Assembly: GCA_031763465.1 (NCBI GenBank)
Contig: JARFOE010000115.1
Coordinates: 16,407,875-16,453,964 of the forward strand
Source of the DNA: Squatina squatina
Lineage: Eukaryota
Direction: 5' to 3'
DNA length: 46,090 bases
Shown here: piece after piece, positions 24,557-36,731 of the stretch
How positions within the stretch are numbered: position 1 is the stretch's first letter
Layout of the letters: every line of letters begins with the position of its first letter
Program-made: the position numbers and the translations under genes
Notes under the pieces: generated by a model
Database searches by the model: none
Seen by the model: the letters and a program-made list of their open reading frames with translations, nothing else
What the model was told of the DNA's origin: nothing

Positions 24557-24823
24557 AGGGGGGCAGCCATTTAAGATGGAGATAAGGAGGAATTTCTTCA
24601 CTCAGGGTTATGGATCTTTGGAATTCACTACCCCAAAGGGCTGTGGATGCTAAATCGTTGAGTAGATTCAGGGATGACAGATAATTTTTGGACTCCAGGG
24701 GAATCAAGTGACATAGAAATCAGGCAGGAAAGTGAAGTTGAAATCGAAGATCAACCATGATCTTATTGAATGGCGGAACAGACTAGAAGGGCTGTATGGC
24801 CTCTCCTGCTCCTATTTCTTATG
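24557..24823 (+). mobile_element. CR1-type LINE 3' end
   Basis: GQPFKMEIRRNFFTQ and LWNSLP coding remnants plus the same tail as 8899-9062. Confidence 0.85.
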
Positions 24824-24951
24824 AAGCTTGTAGTGTGCGAGAGGGTAGAAGCGGGTGGAGTTTAGCCTCAGTGGGAGTGATTGGGAATTGAATTTTTCAT
24901 TTATATGTCCAACAGTAATTTGAGTTCATTTTGTTTTGAATTATTTTTCAG

Positions 24952-25088
24952 ACTTGGGGATTGGGGATCTTATTCCCTTGGACGTCAATCATCTAAACAT
25001 TTGCAAACCTAGGAGTAGAGACTCCTTCCTTTACCAGCAGAGTCTGAAATTTATCAAAGATGCTCTGACACAAGAATGCAAAAGGTGA
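24952..25088 (+). CDS. SERAC1: SERAC1 last coding exon with stop
   Basis: TTTCAG acceptor; [44 protein letters not shown] then TGA. Confidence 0.94.
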
Positions 25089-25237
25089 ATCACTGCTTCG
25101 GCGAGTAGCTTGTCCTCTTTCAGATGCCATAGTTTTGACTTTAGTAGGCGGATCCTACTTTACATGGCGCTTTCTCGCAACGCTTTCCTCATGTACACAA
25201 AATTGTGCAAATGTCAAGAATCAACACATTTTAGGAT

Positions 25238-25243
25238 AATAAA
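25238..25243 (+). promoter_or_regulatory. Candidate SERAC1 polyadenylation signal
   Basis: AATAAA 150 nt after the stop; AT-rich context makes a chance match possible. Confidence 0.4.
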
Positions 25244-25944
25244 AACTGTATATAGTAAATGAGACAAGATATATATAAAAGATTCTTACTGTGACTCCAC
25301 TAAAGATGATCTGCTCATGTTCAAATATATAAAATTGTTACAAAATAATTTTTTTCAAATGATAGATAACCGTGCAAAAAATATTTCAAAATCCACATGT
25401 TTAACAAAACTGATATTTATTACTGACAGTGTGTAATCTTCCAATTAATTTAACTTTGTCCTTTGACTTTACAAGAAAGACAACACTCCTGTCTTGCAGT
25501 AATGTGAATTCAGCAAATGTACACAATAACTTCCATTGGTTTTCACAGTTCATGTTCTTTGTGCCGAATACTACATTGCAATTATTCGACTCATGGTACA
25601 AGGTTGAAGATGCCAACAACGTTATGGAAATATTTTGCTCGGTGTGTACTTACTATGTTGTAAAGCTAATCTTCCTGCATTTGGAATGTTTTTACTCTAA
25701 GTAACAGAGAAGACAAAGAAGATCTACTTTGTGATTGTCTTGAGCAAACATTCTGAGCGCAAGAAGCGTTGCAGATGTTATTGTTCTCTGTGGATGCTGC
25801 CTTGACAACATTTACCCTCAAAACAAATATTAAAAACATTTGGAAACTAGGATATGTTTCTGAAGCTTCTGATCTTTTAAAAGTGTGTCTGAAAGTGTAA
25901 ATGAGATGAAAAGGGGACAAAATGTAGTTTTTGTGGGTTCTTCA

Positions 25945-26254
25945 TGAGGTGAAAGAATTTGCGGCTTTCACAACCTCAGAACGCCCCAAAGCGCTTTACA
26001 GCTAATTACGTAATTTAATCACTGTTGAAATGTAAGAAACTGGGCAGCAAATTTGCACGCAGTAAGGTCCCACAAACAGCAATAACGAAATAATCTATTT
26101 TAATGATGTTAGTTCAGCGATAAATATGGCAGCCCACCCTCAGTACTGCACTGAAGTGTCAGCCTGGATTACTTGCTCAAGTCTCTGGAATGGGAGTGAA
26201 CCCACACCTTCTGACTCAAAGGCAAGAGCTCCACCAACTGAGCCACGGCTGACA
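25945..26254 (-). mobile_element. tRNA-headed SINE (SacSINE1/DeuSINE-like)
   Basis: Minus strand TGTCAGCCGTGGCTCAGTTGG (A box), GGTTCACTCCC (B-box-like), then CAGGCTGACACTTCAGTGCAGTACTGAGGG. Confidence 0.7.
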
Positions 26255-27155
26255 TGAGGGAGTTGAATCATGGAACTGCTGATCACATCATGGTGAGAAT
26301 TATGGTAGGCAAGTTTGCGGGCAAGGTAGTAGGAGTTGAGTTGCGTGCAGTGCTATCTGGGGCAAAGAAAGAATGAACTAAATAATTGGATTCAATGAGC
26401 GGTCAGTTAAATGGTGCATGCCAAAGGAAACTGATTTTATAGATAATGGAAAAAAAAAAGTCAGGGACAGGAAGGATAATCTGCGCATAATCAATTGGGG
26501 AGGTTAGTTGGTGAAAAAGCAAAAACTAAAACAGTAACTGGGATTCATTTAACCTAGATTTTGGGGACTGCTATGTTGAATATAAAGAGCAGAGGGCGCT
26601 CGGTCATCAGGAAGTAGAACAAGGTCCAAATATGGGATAAAAGGTGCTGAAAGATGAACAAAATGGTTTATAGTAATGTAAGTACCATTAGAAAGAAGCT
26701 TTTGGAATAGAAGTAAATACAAACAGTGAAAATATTGACGGTGGCATCACAAACCTAGCTGAGTGGAAGACAGGGATGCTATGCAGCTCGGAGGTAGGAA
26801 TGTTTTAGAAAGACAGATCTCTGTAGCTAATGAAAAATTATATACATTATATTACATCAGCAGGGTGGATGTCAAAGTAGATGGGGAGATAGCAAAGGCA
26901 TTAGGGTTATGGATTGATAATGAGGAGGGTAGAATTCCAGATCTGGATTTTGAGAATTCTTCTCTGAATCATATTTGGAAACACATTTACTAAAGGAGAG
27001 TTAGCAAATTGAATAGTGTGATAAATTTGCTTGGATTTCACCCTGTCAAGAAGTAACACCTCAAAGAAATTGGAAGCTTCAAGATTAAAACTCAAAGGGT
27101 ACCTTAACCTCGATCACCAGACATACAACTGTAGTAAAAATACATATGATAAAGA

Positions 27156-27231
27156 CCATAAGAAGTAAAAGCAGGAGTAGACCATTAGGACTGTCGAGCC
27201 CGCTCCGCCATTCAATTGGATCATGGCTGAT
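27156..27231 (-). mobile_element. CR1/HE1-type 3' tail
   Basis: CATAAGAAGTAAAAGCAGGAGTAGACCATT...GAGCCCGCTCCGCCATTCAAT...ATCATGGCTGAT. Confidence 0.75.
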
Positions 27232-27331
27232 NNNNNNNNNNNNNNNNNNNNNNNNNNNNNNNNNNNNNNNNNNNNNNNNNNNNNNNNNNNNNNNNNNNNN
27301 NNNNNNNNNNNNNNNNNNNNNNNNNNNNNNN

Positions 27332-27525
27332 CTGATACTTGTGGAACACCACAACCCACCTTCTGCCACTGTGAATAGCTATCTTTCACCCCTATTCTCT
27401 GCTTTCTGTCTTGAAGCCATCTAGCTATCCATTCTGCTACTTGTCCTCTGACTTTGTTCGTCAGTCTATTATGGGGTACCTTATCGAAGGCATTTTGAAA
27501 ATCTAGATAAATTACATCTACTGCG
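27332..27525 (-). mobile_element. CR1 reverse transcriptase fragment
   Basis: Minus strand VDVIYLDFQNAFDKVP and YSQWQKVGCGVPQ. Confidence 0.85.
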
Positions 27526-28433
27526 TTGGATTAATTGGATAGCTCTCCCAAAGAGGCACAATGGTCCAAATGGCCTCTGCCTGTGCTGCATCATTCTACG
27601 ATTCTAACCTCCAAGTATTNNNNNNNNNNCAACAGAATTCAATGAAAAGTTAAATGATAATAGTCGCCTGACATTTGCTAAGTAGCATACATTTAAAAAA
27701 CCTAAAATGATCATCAATTAGTTGTTTTGCAAGGGTTTCAAGAGAGAGAACACCAACAGTTAACAGTTGGCACCAAATCCCCAACCAATACTGTTACTCG
27801 ATATTTCTTCAATATGTACTAACACCATTTTAGTTACATTATATAACTGAATCTGAAGGGACTTGCAAGTGGTGCATATGGTTTATGGCTCTTTGCATCT
27901 TGCATGTTTTCATCATGGAAAAGTAAACTCAATTAAATCTATACTAGAGAACCACCATTCTATAATTTCTATCAAGATCTGAAATAGGTCATAATCAGTT
28001 TGGGGATTCATAACTTTACATTAACAAATATGAATGCATCCAAAGGGAGCAGAGTTTCAGAATCATTACTTTATCAATATTTTTCATTTCAAATGTCATT
28101 TATTTTACAGAATCTATCAATTTGTCTCACTCTGCAGAAGAGATAGTAACTTTATGGATGCCTTTTGCCATTGTGGCCTGGCTCCAGCGGTGCAGTAAAA
28201 GACAACAAAGGAAGCTCAGGTCGGTTATGATGTTTGCAGCAATATATTATCTTTTATGGTAGAACGTGAAAGTCACATTTCAAACTTTGCCCAAAATGTC
28301 CTTAATTAAAATAATCATGCAGCTCCCAACTTCNNNNNNNNNNNNNNNNNNNNNNNNNNNNNNNNNNNNNNNNNNNNNNNNNNNNNNNNNNNNNNNNNNN
28401 NNNNNNNNNNNNNNNNNNNNNNNNNNNNNNNNN

Positions 28434-28585
28434 GGACAGACTGAGAGTGGCGTGTGCAGGGGGACAGACTGAGAGCGGTGTGTGCAGGGGGACAGACTGA
28501 GAGTGGTGTGTGCAGGGGGACAGAGTGAGTGCGGTGTGTGCAGGGGGACAGACTGAGAGCGGTGTGTGCAGGGGGACAGACTGAG
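28434..28585. repeat. G-rich 28-bp minisatellite, at least 5 copies, running into a gap
   Basis: GGACAGACTGAGAGYGGTGTGTGCAGGG starting at 28434, 28462, 28490, 28518, 28546 and 28574. Confidence 0.95.
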
Positions 28586-29140
28586 GTGCCCTATGCATAC
28601 AAACCCTTACCCCTGGCTTTAATATTTTGAGCTGGATTTCCCTCTGGAGTGGTTTCTTTGTTAGAGGAGGGGCAGGGAGCGACTTATAATTGCCTCCCTC
28701 ACCCTGCTGCCAACCTGACCCGTTTACTATGTCAGGTCTACTTAACAATGCATGTGTGTTTTGGATGGGAATTACGTCACACAAAGGGATCTCCATCATT
28801 GTCAGTAAGTGGGAGGAGGCATCAGTAAAGGCGGTGAAAACGTTTTAATTTTTTTTGAAGACGCTATGGAAATTGTAATGTGCATCTCAGTTTTAGATTG
28901 TAGCTCAGAAGCGTTACTAAAATTATAGATAGTTTTGCAAATTTAAAAAAGATTTTGGCACACAGATGTACTGCTTTTATTATATTGTGTTAAAAGTTGT
29001 GCTATTGGGTTTCAACTTTTTGAGCCCTTTAATCATAGTTTTTTAAAATCTTTTTTATGGTTCTGATCTTGCACTTCAAGCATGGGTGGTTTTCTTCCTC
29101 ACTCTAATTCATGTACTTAACTGTTGCTGGTTGTTTCCAG

Positions 29141-29269
29141 GTGGTGCTCGTGCGATGGAATGAACCATTTCAGAAACTTGCAACGTGTGATGCTGATGGA
29201 GGAATTTTTGTGTGGATTCAGTATGAAGGCAGGTGGTCAGTTGAACTTGTCAACGACCGTGGTGCACAG
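29141..29269 (+). CDS. TULP4: TULP4 WD40-region exon
   Basis: TTCCAG acceptor; VVLVRWNEPFQKLATCDADGGIFVWIQYEGRWSVELVNDRGAQ; donor CAG|GTAAGT. Confidence 0.96.
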
Positions 29270-31656
29270 GTAAGTATTTTCATTGGAATGACAGATTAAA
29301 AAAAATTTTTTTTTGATTCATCCCAGTTACAATTCAGAGGTTTTGGGAATCTATTTAATTTTGAAATTATATGATGGGATAATGGATATGTATGTTTTCT
29401 GCATTCATCTGACATTCTTCTTTAGTAAAAGTGTTAATCGGTTTATTTTGAACCAGTTAACGCATTCACTAAAGTAGTGCAGAGATGAATTTCAGATGAG
29501 CAAGTTGAAAATTTGCCTCTATTATTCCATGGCATAATCTCGAGACCCATGATTGTTTTGTTGAGATCATCTGATGGATTATACATCTACAAAGTTACTT
29601 TTTCCATTTAACCAGTTTTCCATTTACAAATGGGCACATAGGAATTGCTGGATAAAAAACACCAACATCCATCTCGTTTGCCTTCTACCATCCTGATAGT
29701 TGCATGATACAACGATAATGGAGTCGTTGACTAGTCTTGCCAAAAGCAATGGGGGCCAACCCTCCAGCATTGACCTAGCATCTCCAGGAATGGAACATTA
29801 ATCTCCAGGGCACTGCTGCCAGAAACCTGGGAGAAAAATCATCGCGGCATTAAATAACAATAGTGTTTTTTTTCCATTTATTTGAACACATTTGCTGATT
29901 AGTTATAAAAATATTCGAGATGGGATTAAAGGTTGTTTGACTGAGAATCAGGAATCACGCAGTCGGATAACAAACAGTCTGTCCGTTTCCCAATTCAGGG
30001 TTATGAAAGCTGGGAGCAGCAGCAGGGAAGCTGGGTTTGGGTGGACTGTGGAAACCCCAAATACCTCTGTTTAAAATTAAAGAGCATCCAATTCTGAAGC
30101 GTAGGTTCTTGGAGTCACATCAGCCCCAATTCTGAAGCGTAGAAGTATTTAAATTGACCAGATTGCAGCACTTATGGTGTAAAACTTCAAACATTTCCAG
30201 TGGAGGGTACCTTGAAATGTGCCAGCAGTACAGGATCTTCTCTATTATCACTTAAATAAATAAAATCTACCTGTCATTTATCTCTATCCAAAGAGATGTA
30301 TTCAGAACAACAAGGGAAGATATCTTTGAGGTATATATTTAATGGCTCGCCTGTTCCCAATAAACATAATTACACAATATGTGAGGAGACTGTGGGGAAC
30401 AGTATCTCACAATAAAACCCTGGATATGTAAAAGAAAATATGAAGTTGGGGGAGTAAAAGAAGAAATAAAAATGAGTGTTAAAGTGGGCAACAATATAAA
30501 TTTGATTTAGAAAGAGAATAGTTCAGGAAAGAAAAATGCAAATAGAAGATTCAATCTGAATACTGTCCCAACAAGATGAACAAATAATCATGGCGTTATC
30601 CAAAGGGCTTGAATACGTGTCCAAATGGGAAAACAACACAGAGGCTTACACTGACTTGGACAACAAGTCAAATATGTGCAAGTAGAACACAACCTGAATA
30701 CTGACCCGAGTATATTGATAATATTAACATAAAATAATTCTGAATATAATGAGCCTGACATCGCGGTCCCAACTGGTGTGTACGAGGTGCGCACACACAC
30801 GTTCCGGGTTCAGGTCTGCGAAACACGTGCGCCTAAACCCGGAACTTACGATCTGTCAAGACTTCTGTTGACAGATCCAACGCATCCCCGGGAGAAGAGC
30901 CTCTGCGGACGGAGAGTTGGGCTATTTGTCTAAATCTTACCCAGCAAAAACCCTTCAAATTGTTACACTGATAAAACCCGGTGTGCAGGCCTGCTTTTAG
31001 CAGCGCAAGAGATTTAAAAATTGGAAAGTAGAATTCAAACACTTATTTATTTATTAAAAACCCAGGGTGCCCAATTCGCCTGCCCTGAGTTTCTGGTGCT
31101 AAGAGATGAATTGGGGAGCGCAAAGTTCAGGTCTTTGAAATATCAATTGACCCTTTGAAAAAAAAGTTTCAGACAGCTTTAAAACCATCCTAATTTCAAC
31201 GCTAAAGAGCACTTACTTAGCGCTGATTATCTTAGTTTATTTCAGGAGTCGAATTGTGGGACGGATCTAAGGAGCTGCTATCAAGNNNNNNNNNNNNNNN
31301 NNNNNNNNNNNNNNNNNNNNNNNNNNNNNNNNNNNNNNNNNNNNNNNNNNNNNNNNNNNNNNNNNNNNNNNNNNNNNNNNNNNNNTCATAATTTGTGCAC
31401 TTTGATCGCTTCCAGTGTATTTCTTTATAGGTTACAGAGCAAAATGGTTTTATACAGGTATATATATTTTTTAAATTAAGTCCTTTGATGTAAATTCCAA
31501 TTCCTATTTAAACCTATTAAGTTGATCAACTGTCTTAAAATGGCCTCAACTGGTGCCATTTGGAGTGATTGATGGAGAAATAGTTCTCGTTCAGATGAAT
31601 CTATTTTGAACTAGGCCGAGAAATTGTAAGTCATGGTTGTGCATTTTCTGTTGCAG

Positions 31657-31791
31657 ATGGTCCAGCAGTATACCCGCTAACAATTCAAATCAGCAAGCCG
31701 CTGCTGACTGTTAGCTTCACATCTGGGGATATCAGCATGATGAGCAACTATGATGATTTGTCACCCACTGTTGTCCACTCAGGTTTAAAAG
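31657..31791 (+). CDS. TULP4: TULP4 exon
   Basis: TTGCAG acceptor; GPAVYPLTIQISKPLLTVSFTSGDISMMSNYDDLSPTVVHSGLK; donor G|GTGAGA. Confidence 0.93.
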
Positions 31792-32579
31792 GTGAGAGAT
31801 GCAGTTTCAATAAAGCACATGATGGTAATTTAATATGTTCATCAAAAAGTATTTAACATTTTTTCATTTGTCTGCATGTGCATAGCACCATGATAAAAAA
31901 TTAATTTGATTCCTTTGTAATTAAGATGATGCAGCACTGTTTTCTCTCTCCAAACAGCAAAGGTTTCCCAAGTGCATTTGATAGCACTCTTTCATGACTT
32001 TCAAGTCTATTACAGATATTAAAATAATCATAAGCATTGATGTTGCAAATTTGGGTCTGACAAGTGTTCACTTGAAGCAAAATTGAGACCGATGTGTTTT
32101 GGCCTGATTGAGGATGCAAGGTTGATGACATATTGTGCTCCGGAGTAATAAAATGGTAATTTGTGTCCAAGTGGCACATTCTTAATCCGGGTTGGATTGT
32201 TAGTTAAAGCATTGAGTATGGTCTAGGGGCATTTAGACAGAAGGGGCTAATTGGAGGTCAAGTTGCCTCTACCGATAGCAGCATTAACAGAAGCCTGGGA
32301 AGAGACTGTTTATCCACTCTCTGGCTAGATGGTGGTGTGCAATCAATAATGAAAAGGGATGGAGAGAGAAATAATTGTTGAGAAAATTATTTTTGCGGGC
32401 AAAAGAGATGCATGTGGAAAACAGGATTTTACAGTGCTCAAGTGTTAGTCATAATTGAGCAGTGTCATAGTTGTATGAAAATCTCATAAATTTGTACCAC
32501 AGCATTTGGATCCTGTTTTATGGAAATCTAGCAGTTAGCCACATAGTGAGTTTTCAGAAAGGGGGAGGCTCAGAACTGA

Positions 32580-32777
32580 GATTTTGATGCAGCGACGATG
32601 AAGGCACAGAGTTACATTTCCAAGTCCGGATGGTGTGTAACTTGGAGGTGATGGTGTTTCCTGCTGCCCTTGTCCTTTTAGGTAGCAGAGGTTTGGGAGG
32701 TGCTGCTGAAGAAGCCTTGGCGAATTGCCGCAGTGCATCTTGTAGATGGTACTCACTGCAGCCACGGTTTGCGGTGG
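32580..32777 (-). mobile_element. Non-LTR retrotransposon fragment
   Basis: Minus strand TVAAVSTIYKMHCGNSPRLLQQHLP; inverted relative of 15954-16200. Confidence 0.7.
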
Positions 32778-33437
32778 NNNNNNNNNNNNNNNNNNNNNNN
32801 NNNNNNNNNNNNNNNNNNNNNNNNNNNNNNNNNNNNNNNNNNNNNNNNNNNNNNNNNNNNNNNNNNNNNNNNNNNNNTGAGAGACAATAAGAGATGGTGC
32901 AAGACAAAAGGAGATGGCATTAGGCAAGATAAGAAAGAGATGCGTATAGATGGGATATAAATTGGGAATCAACAGCTGCCGTAGGAGAAAAAAAAATTAA
33001 CTTAATAAATAAAAAAGGAGTCGAGGTTATGGTTTGAATACCATACATGAATACCATACTTTTCCTTCTATAAAAGTAACTGATTGTTCAAGTCACTAAA
33101 ACATTTCTTGCATACAAGATCTTACTTGGGCTAATTTCCAATAGAAGTAGTGTTTTTTGAATGCAATCACTTGAATGTCTGCTTTCAGAATGCTTTCTGC
33201 ATGTAACCTACTCCAGCTTATAATGTGCATCTAGGCTTCAAGCCTATTTTTTAGTGCAAAAAAAGGTAATTACTAAAAAGAAACCTAACCTTTAAACAAT
33301 TCTAATGAGAAATGTTATGATCTTGTATATTGCTTTTGGAGACTTGAATGATTCGATACTGACTAGTGATGTATTGTTTTTGTTAAATAGCTGGCTGCTT
33401 GTGGTAATTGATTTTTGTCTCTACCTCATTCTTCTAG

Positions 33438-33604
33438 ATGTGGTTGTACAGTGGAGCACCCAGGGGGACTTACTTGCAGTAGCAGGCATGGGAAAGCAGA
33501 GTCAACCGTATGAATCAGGAAATGTTCCAGTCGTGAAAAATGCTGCTGTTAAATTCTATAATAATCATGGAGAACACATTTACACACTAGAAAGTCCCGC
33601 CCAG
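33438..33604 (+). CDS. TULP4: TULP4 exon
   Basis: TTCTAG acceptor; VVVQWSTQGDLLAVAGM...VKFYNNHGEHIYTLESPAQ; donor CAG|GTAT. Confidence 0.94.
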
Positions 33605-34137
33605 GTATNNNNNNNNNNNNNNNNNNNNNNNNNNNNNNNNNNNNNNNNNNNNNNNNNNNNNNNNNNNNNNNNNNNNNNNNNNNNNNNNNNNNNNNNNNNN
33701 NNNNNNNNTCCCACCTTACTGTAAAACATCAAGTGCTGCAAAAGCTGAAAACCTACACTCCAGTCCTCATAAACTTCAGAACCAATGCCCTTAGTGCTAC
33801 TAAATCCTCACACGTCCTACAAACCCGATGTTGGCAAAATCCAGTTTGAGTTTGATGCAAACCTCAGGACCTTCACCTCCTCCCTCCAACCCCACATGCG
33901 GTACCAAAATCCAACTGTCTACCTACCCAGTGCTGCTAAACCACAAACCTACCCGAAATCCTCATCAACATCCACTCTTGTACATTTTGCANNNNNNNNN
34001 NACTTGTGCATCTGGACCTAATCTGAGACCATTCATTTAAATATGCTCTGTGCACATCCAACAAATATTTTGATCAAGTTCTTTAGATGCCTTGAATTAT
34101 ACAACAGAGCAATATTGTACCTTTTTTTTTCTTTCAG

Positions 34138-34362
34138 CGTCCCATTACAGCCATCTGCTGGGGTCACCGTGACTCACGTTTGTTCCTTGCCTCTGGACCT
34201 GCACTATATGTTGTTCGAGTGGAGCACAGGATTGCCAACTTGCAATTATTATGTCAACAGGCTATAGCCATTGCTCTGCGTGATGAGAAAGACTTCAGTA
34301 AATTAACACTGCCACCTCGCCTTTGCTCATACCTCACTGCTGCCTTTGTATCAACAATTAAG
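34138..34362 (+). CDS. TULP4: TULP4 exon with the SOCS box
   Basis: TTTCAG acceptor; RPITAICWGHRDSRLFLASGPALYVVRVEHRIANLQLLCQQAIA...LTLPPRLCSYL; donor AAG|GTATTT. Confidence 0.95.
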
Positions 34363-36169
34363 GTATTTAATTACTATTTATTTAAAACATCAAGCTGCAG
34401 AATCTTATAAGATCAGAGCTGGATATTTTAAAAAGCTATATATTCAATATAGAGTCAAAATTGAGTTACTCTCAGCCAGAAGATTCACCCAAGCCCCAAT
34501 CCACCACCTGTCCAGCTCTCGGTCATCCTCTCTTCCCCCACAGGCCTTAATATTCAGTACAAGTAATTTTCTGTGTACAAAATCTTAGTGCATACATGGA
34601 CTTGTAATGTGCACATGGTGCATGAAGTGAAATAACAGAAGCAGTAAGCATATCCCCACAGATCAAGTTCAGAACATCCTTACACAAAAATTAATATGAT
34701 CCCTATGAAGCTAAAGAAACCTTTCATTTAACTAAAACTTAATTGTAATGAAATAAAATGAAGTATCTCAAGATAAAGGCCAGTTAAAAAAGTCATCAGT
34801 AACAACCAAGAAGTGATTGAGTTAGTGTTTTTCTAAATGTTAAGTAATCCATGTAGAATTAAGTTAACAATATTGAACATGTTCACCACAAAGTTTCTTT
34901 TAATTCACACTTATAGTATTGAATTGACATTCATGAATGTCAGGTTTTTTTTTTAATATAAATTAAATTTGTAGATTATAGTGGCTCCGATGATTACTTA
35001 GAAGGGTACAACATGTTTGTTACAATTTACATGTTAAAAAATGTAATGTATTTTGGCAGTTTTTTCCTGAATACACTAATTTGATTTCTTGGAAAAGGTT
35101 ACTTTGAACTAATTAGAACTAGCTCTCAACACTATTATTACTAAACTTTCTCGATGTTAAAGGTGTCACAAGCCGGATTAGTGTGATCAGACAACATATT
35201 GTTTGCATGGCATAATTAAAAATCAGACTTTAAAAAAAATCTATGGCACGTGTACTNNNNNNNNNNNNNNNNNNNNNNNNNNNNNNNNNNNNNNNNNNNN
35301 NNNNNNNNNNNNNNNNNNNNNNNNNNNNNNNNNNNNNNNNNNNNNNNNNNNNNNNNTTAACACTATGTGTTGGGGAGTGAACATTATCCTCTAAATCCAT
35401 TGTGACCATTAATCATGTCCAGGTCAGTTATAAGCATGGGTTAGATACGAGGCAAAGGTGCTACCTTGTCCCAACAATGTACCTTAACGCCAAGTTCAAA
35501 TTAGTGCCCTTTACTTGACATAAAATCAGTAAATTTGCATGATACGGCAAAGCAGCATTTTTAGTATTTTAAAAGAAAATGTACTTGTTTGTTTCAGCAC
35601 AACTATCTTGCTCAGGTCACATCTAACATCTGGNNNNNNNNNNTTCAAGATTGTAGGACTGGCTTCATTTCTACCAAGTAATCTAGGTGCAGGTAGGAAT
35701 TCAAGAATTAGTATTCTGGCTGGAAGCAGGTTTGCTGCATGTCCCAGTGGAATTCTCCCTATTCAATAAATAATGCATTTCTCTGCATCACCTGGCTTAT
35801 AACACAAAACATCTTTTAAGACTTAATGATTCTGGTGAAGATTGAAGTCAGACTTCAGAAATTTTAGTTGTCCTTGATGAAAATGTAATCTGGAGTATTT
35901 GTGTTTGGATTTATTGAACCTGTTCGTAATATTTCTTCATGCCAAAATGTCATGCAACACTTTAAAATCAATACTGTTAAAAAATCATAAGTGTGAGTAA
36001 ATATTCTCAATCTACTGTCAGTGTTTTGCAAGGTAGATAATCCAATTGAGGACATCCAATGGTATAAAGAGAAAGATGAACAAAGCTTAAATGCTATGTT
36101 CATGAGCTGAACCCCAAAAATTGAAAACCCTTGACAAATTTTTATAAATATCAAAGAACATTTTTCTAA

Positions 36170-36415
36170 CCTGTTAGCTTGGCTCAGTTGTTGAGTGTAC
36201 TCAGTCATAAGTTTGTGAATTCAAATCCACTATGGACTTGAGCCACAATCTAGGCTGACATTACACTGCAGTACTGAGGTGAAACTACATGATCAGAAGT
36301 GCTGCCTTTTGGATGAGACATTGAACGGGGACCTTGTCCACCTGCTTATATGGGTGCAGAAGGTTACATGGCACTATTTGAAGAGCAGGGGATTTCTCTG
36401 TTCCCTTGAAGTCAG
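36170..36415 (+). mobile_element. tRNA-headed SINE (SacSINE1/DeuSINE-like), degenerate
   Basis: TGGCTCAGTTG, TTCAAATCC and CTAGGCTGACATTACACTGCAGTACTGAGG, matching the copy ending at 26254. Confidence 0.65.
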
Positions 36416-36587
36416 NNNNNNNNNNNNNNNNNNNNNNNNNNNNNNNNNNNNNNNNNNNNNNNNNNNNNNNNNNNNNNNNNNNNNNNNNNNNNNNNNNNNN
36501 NNNNNNNNNNNNNNNATGTAATTGATTCTGTTTCCTAGTGTATTTAAAAGTGCATATAATTAACCACAATCATCTTGTCATCCTTAG

Positions 36588-36731
36588 TAATCTACAAAAC
36601 CAGCTTGCTCCATCTTCAGCCCAGACAGATGACAATTTATCTACCAGAAGTACGCAAGCTATCAATGGACTTCATCAACATGTCTATATTCAATCCCAGT
36701 GTTTTCAGTGAGGATGAGGATGATCTTGCGG
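36588..36731 (+). CDS. TULP4: TULP4 exon
   Basis: CCTTAG acceptor; IYKTSLLHLQPRQMTIYLPEVRKLSMDFINMSIFNPSVFSEDEDDL; donor G|GTGAGT. Confidence 0.94.

Noticed and set aside
23927-24585. Functional or novel reverse transcriptase gene
   Set aside because: Frameshifted, truncated L2 fragment
26190-26254. tRNA gene
   Set aside because: A/B boxes belong to a SINE head repeated at 2700 and 36170, followed by SINE body sequence
19142-28585. Common origin of the two 28-bp minisatellites
   Set aside because: They share only GTGCAG; the equal period is probably coincidence
28302-28799. 165-aa minus-strand ORF
   Set aside because: Made of minisatellite translation and N-gap
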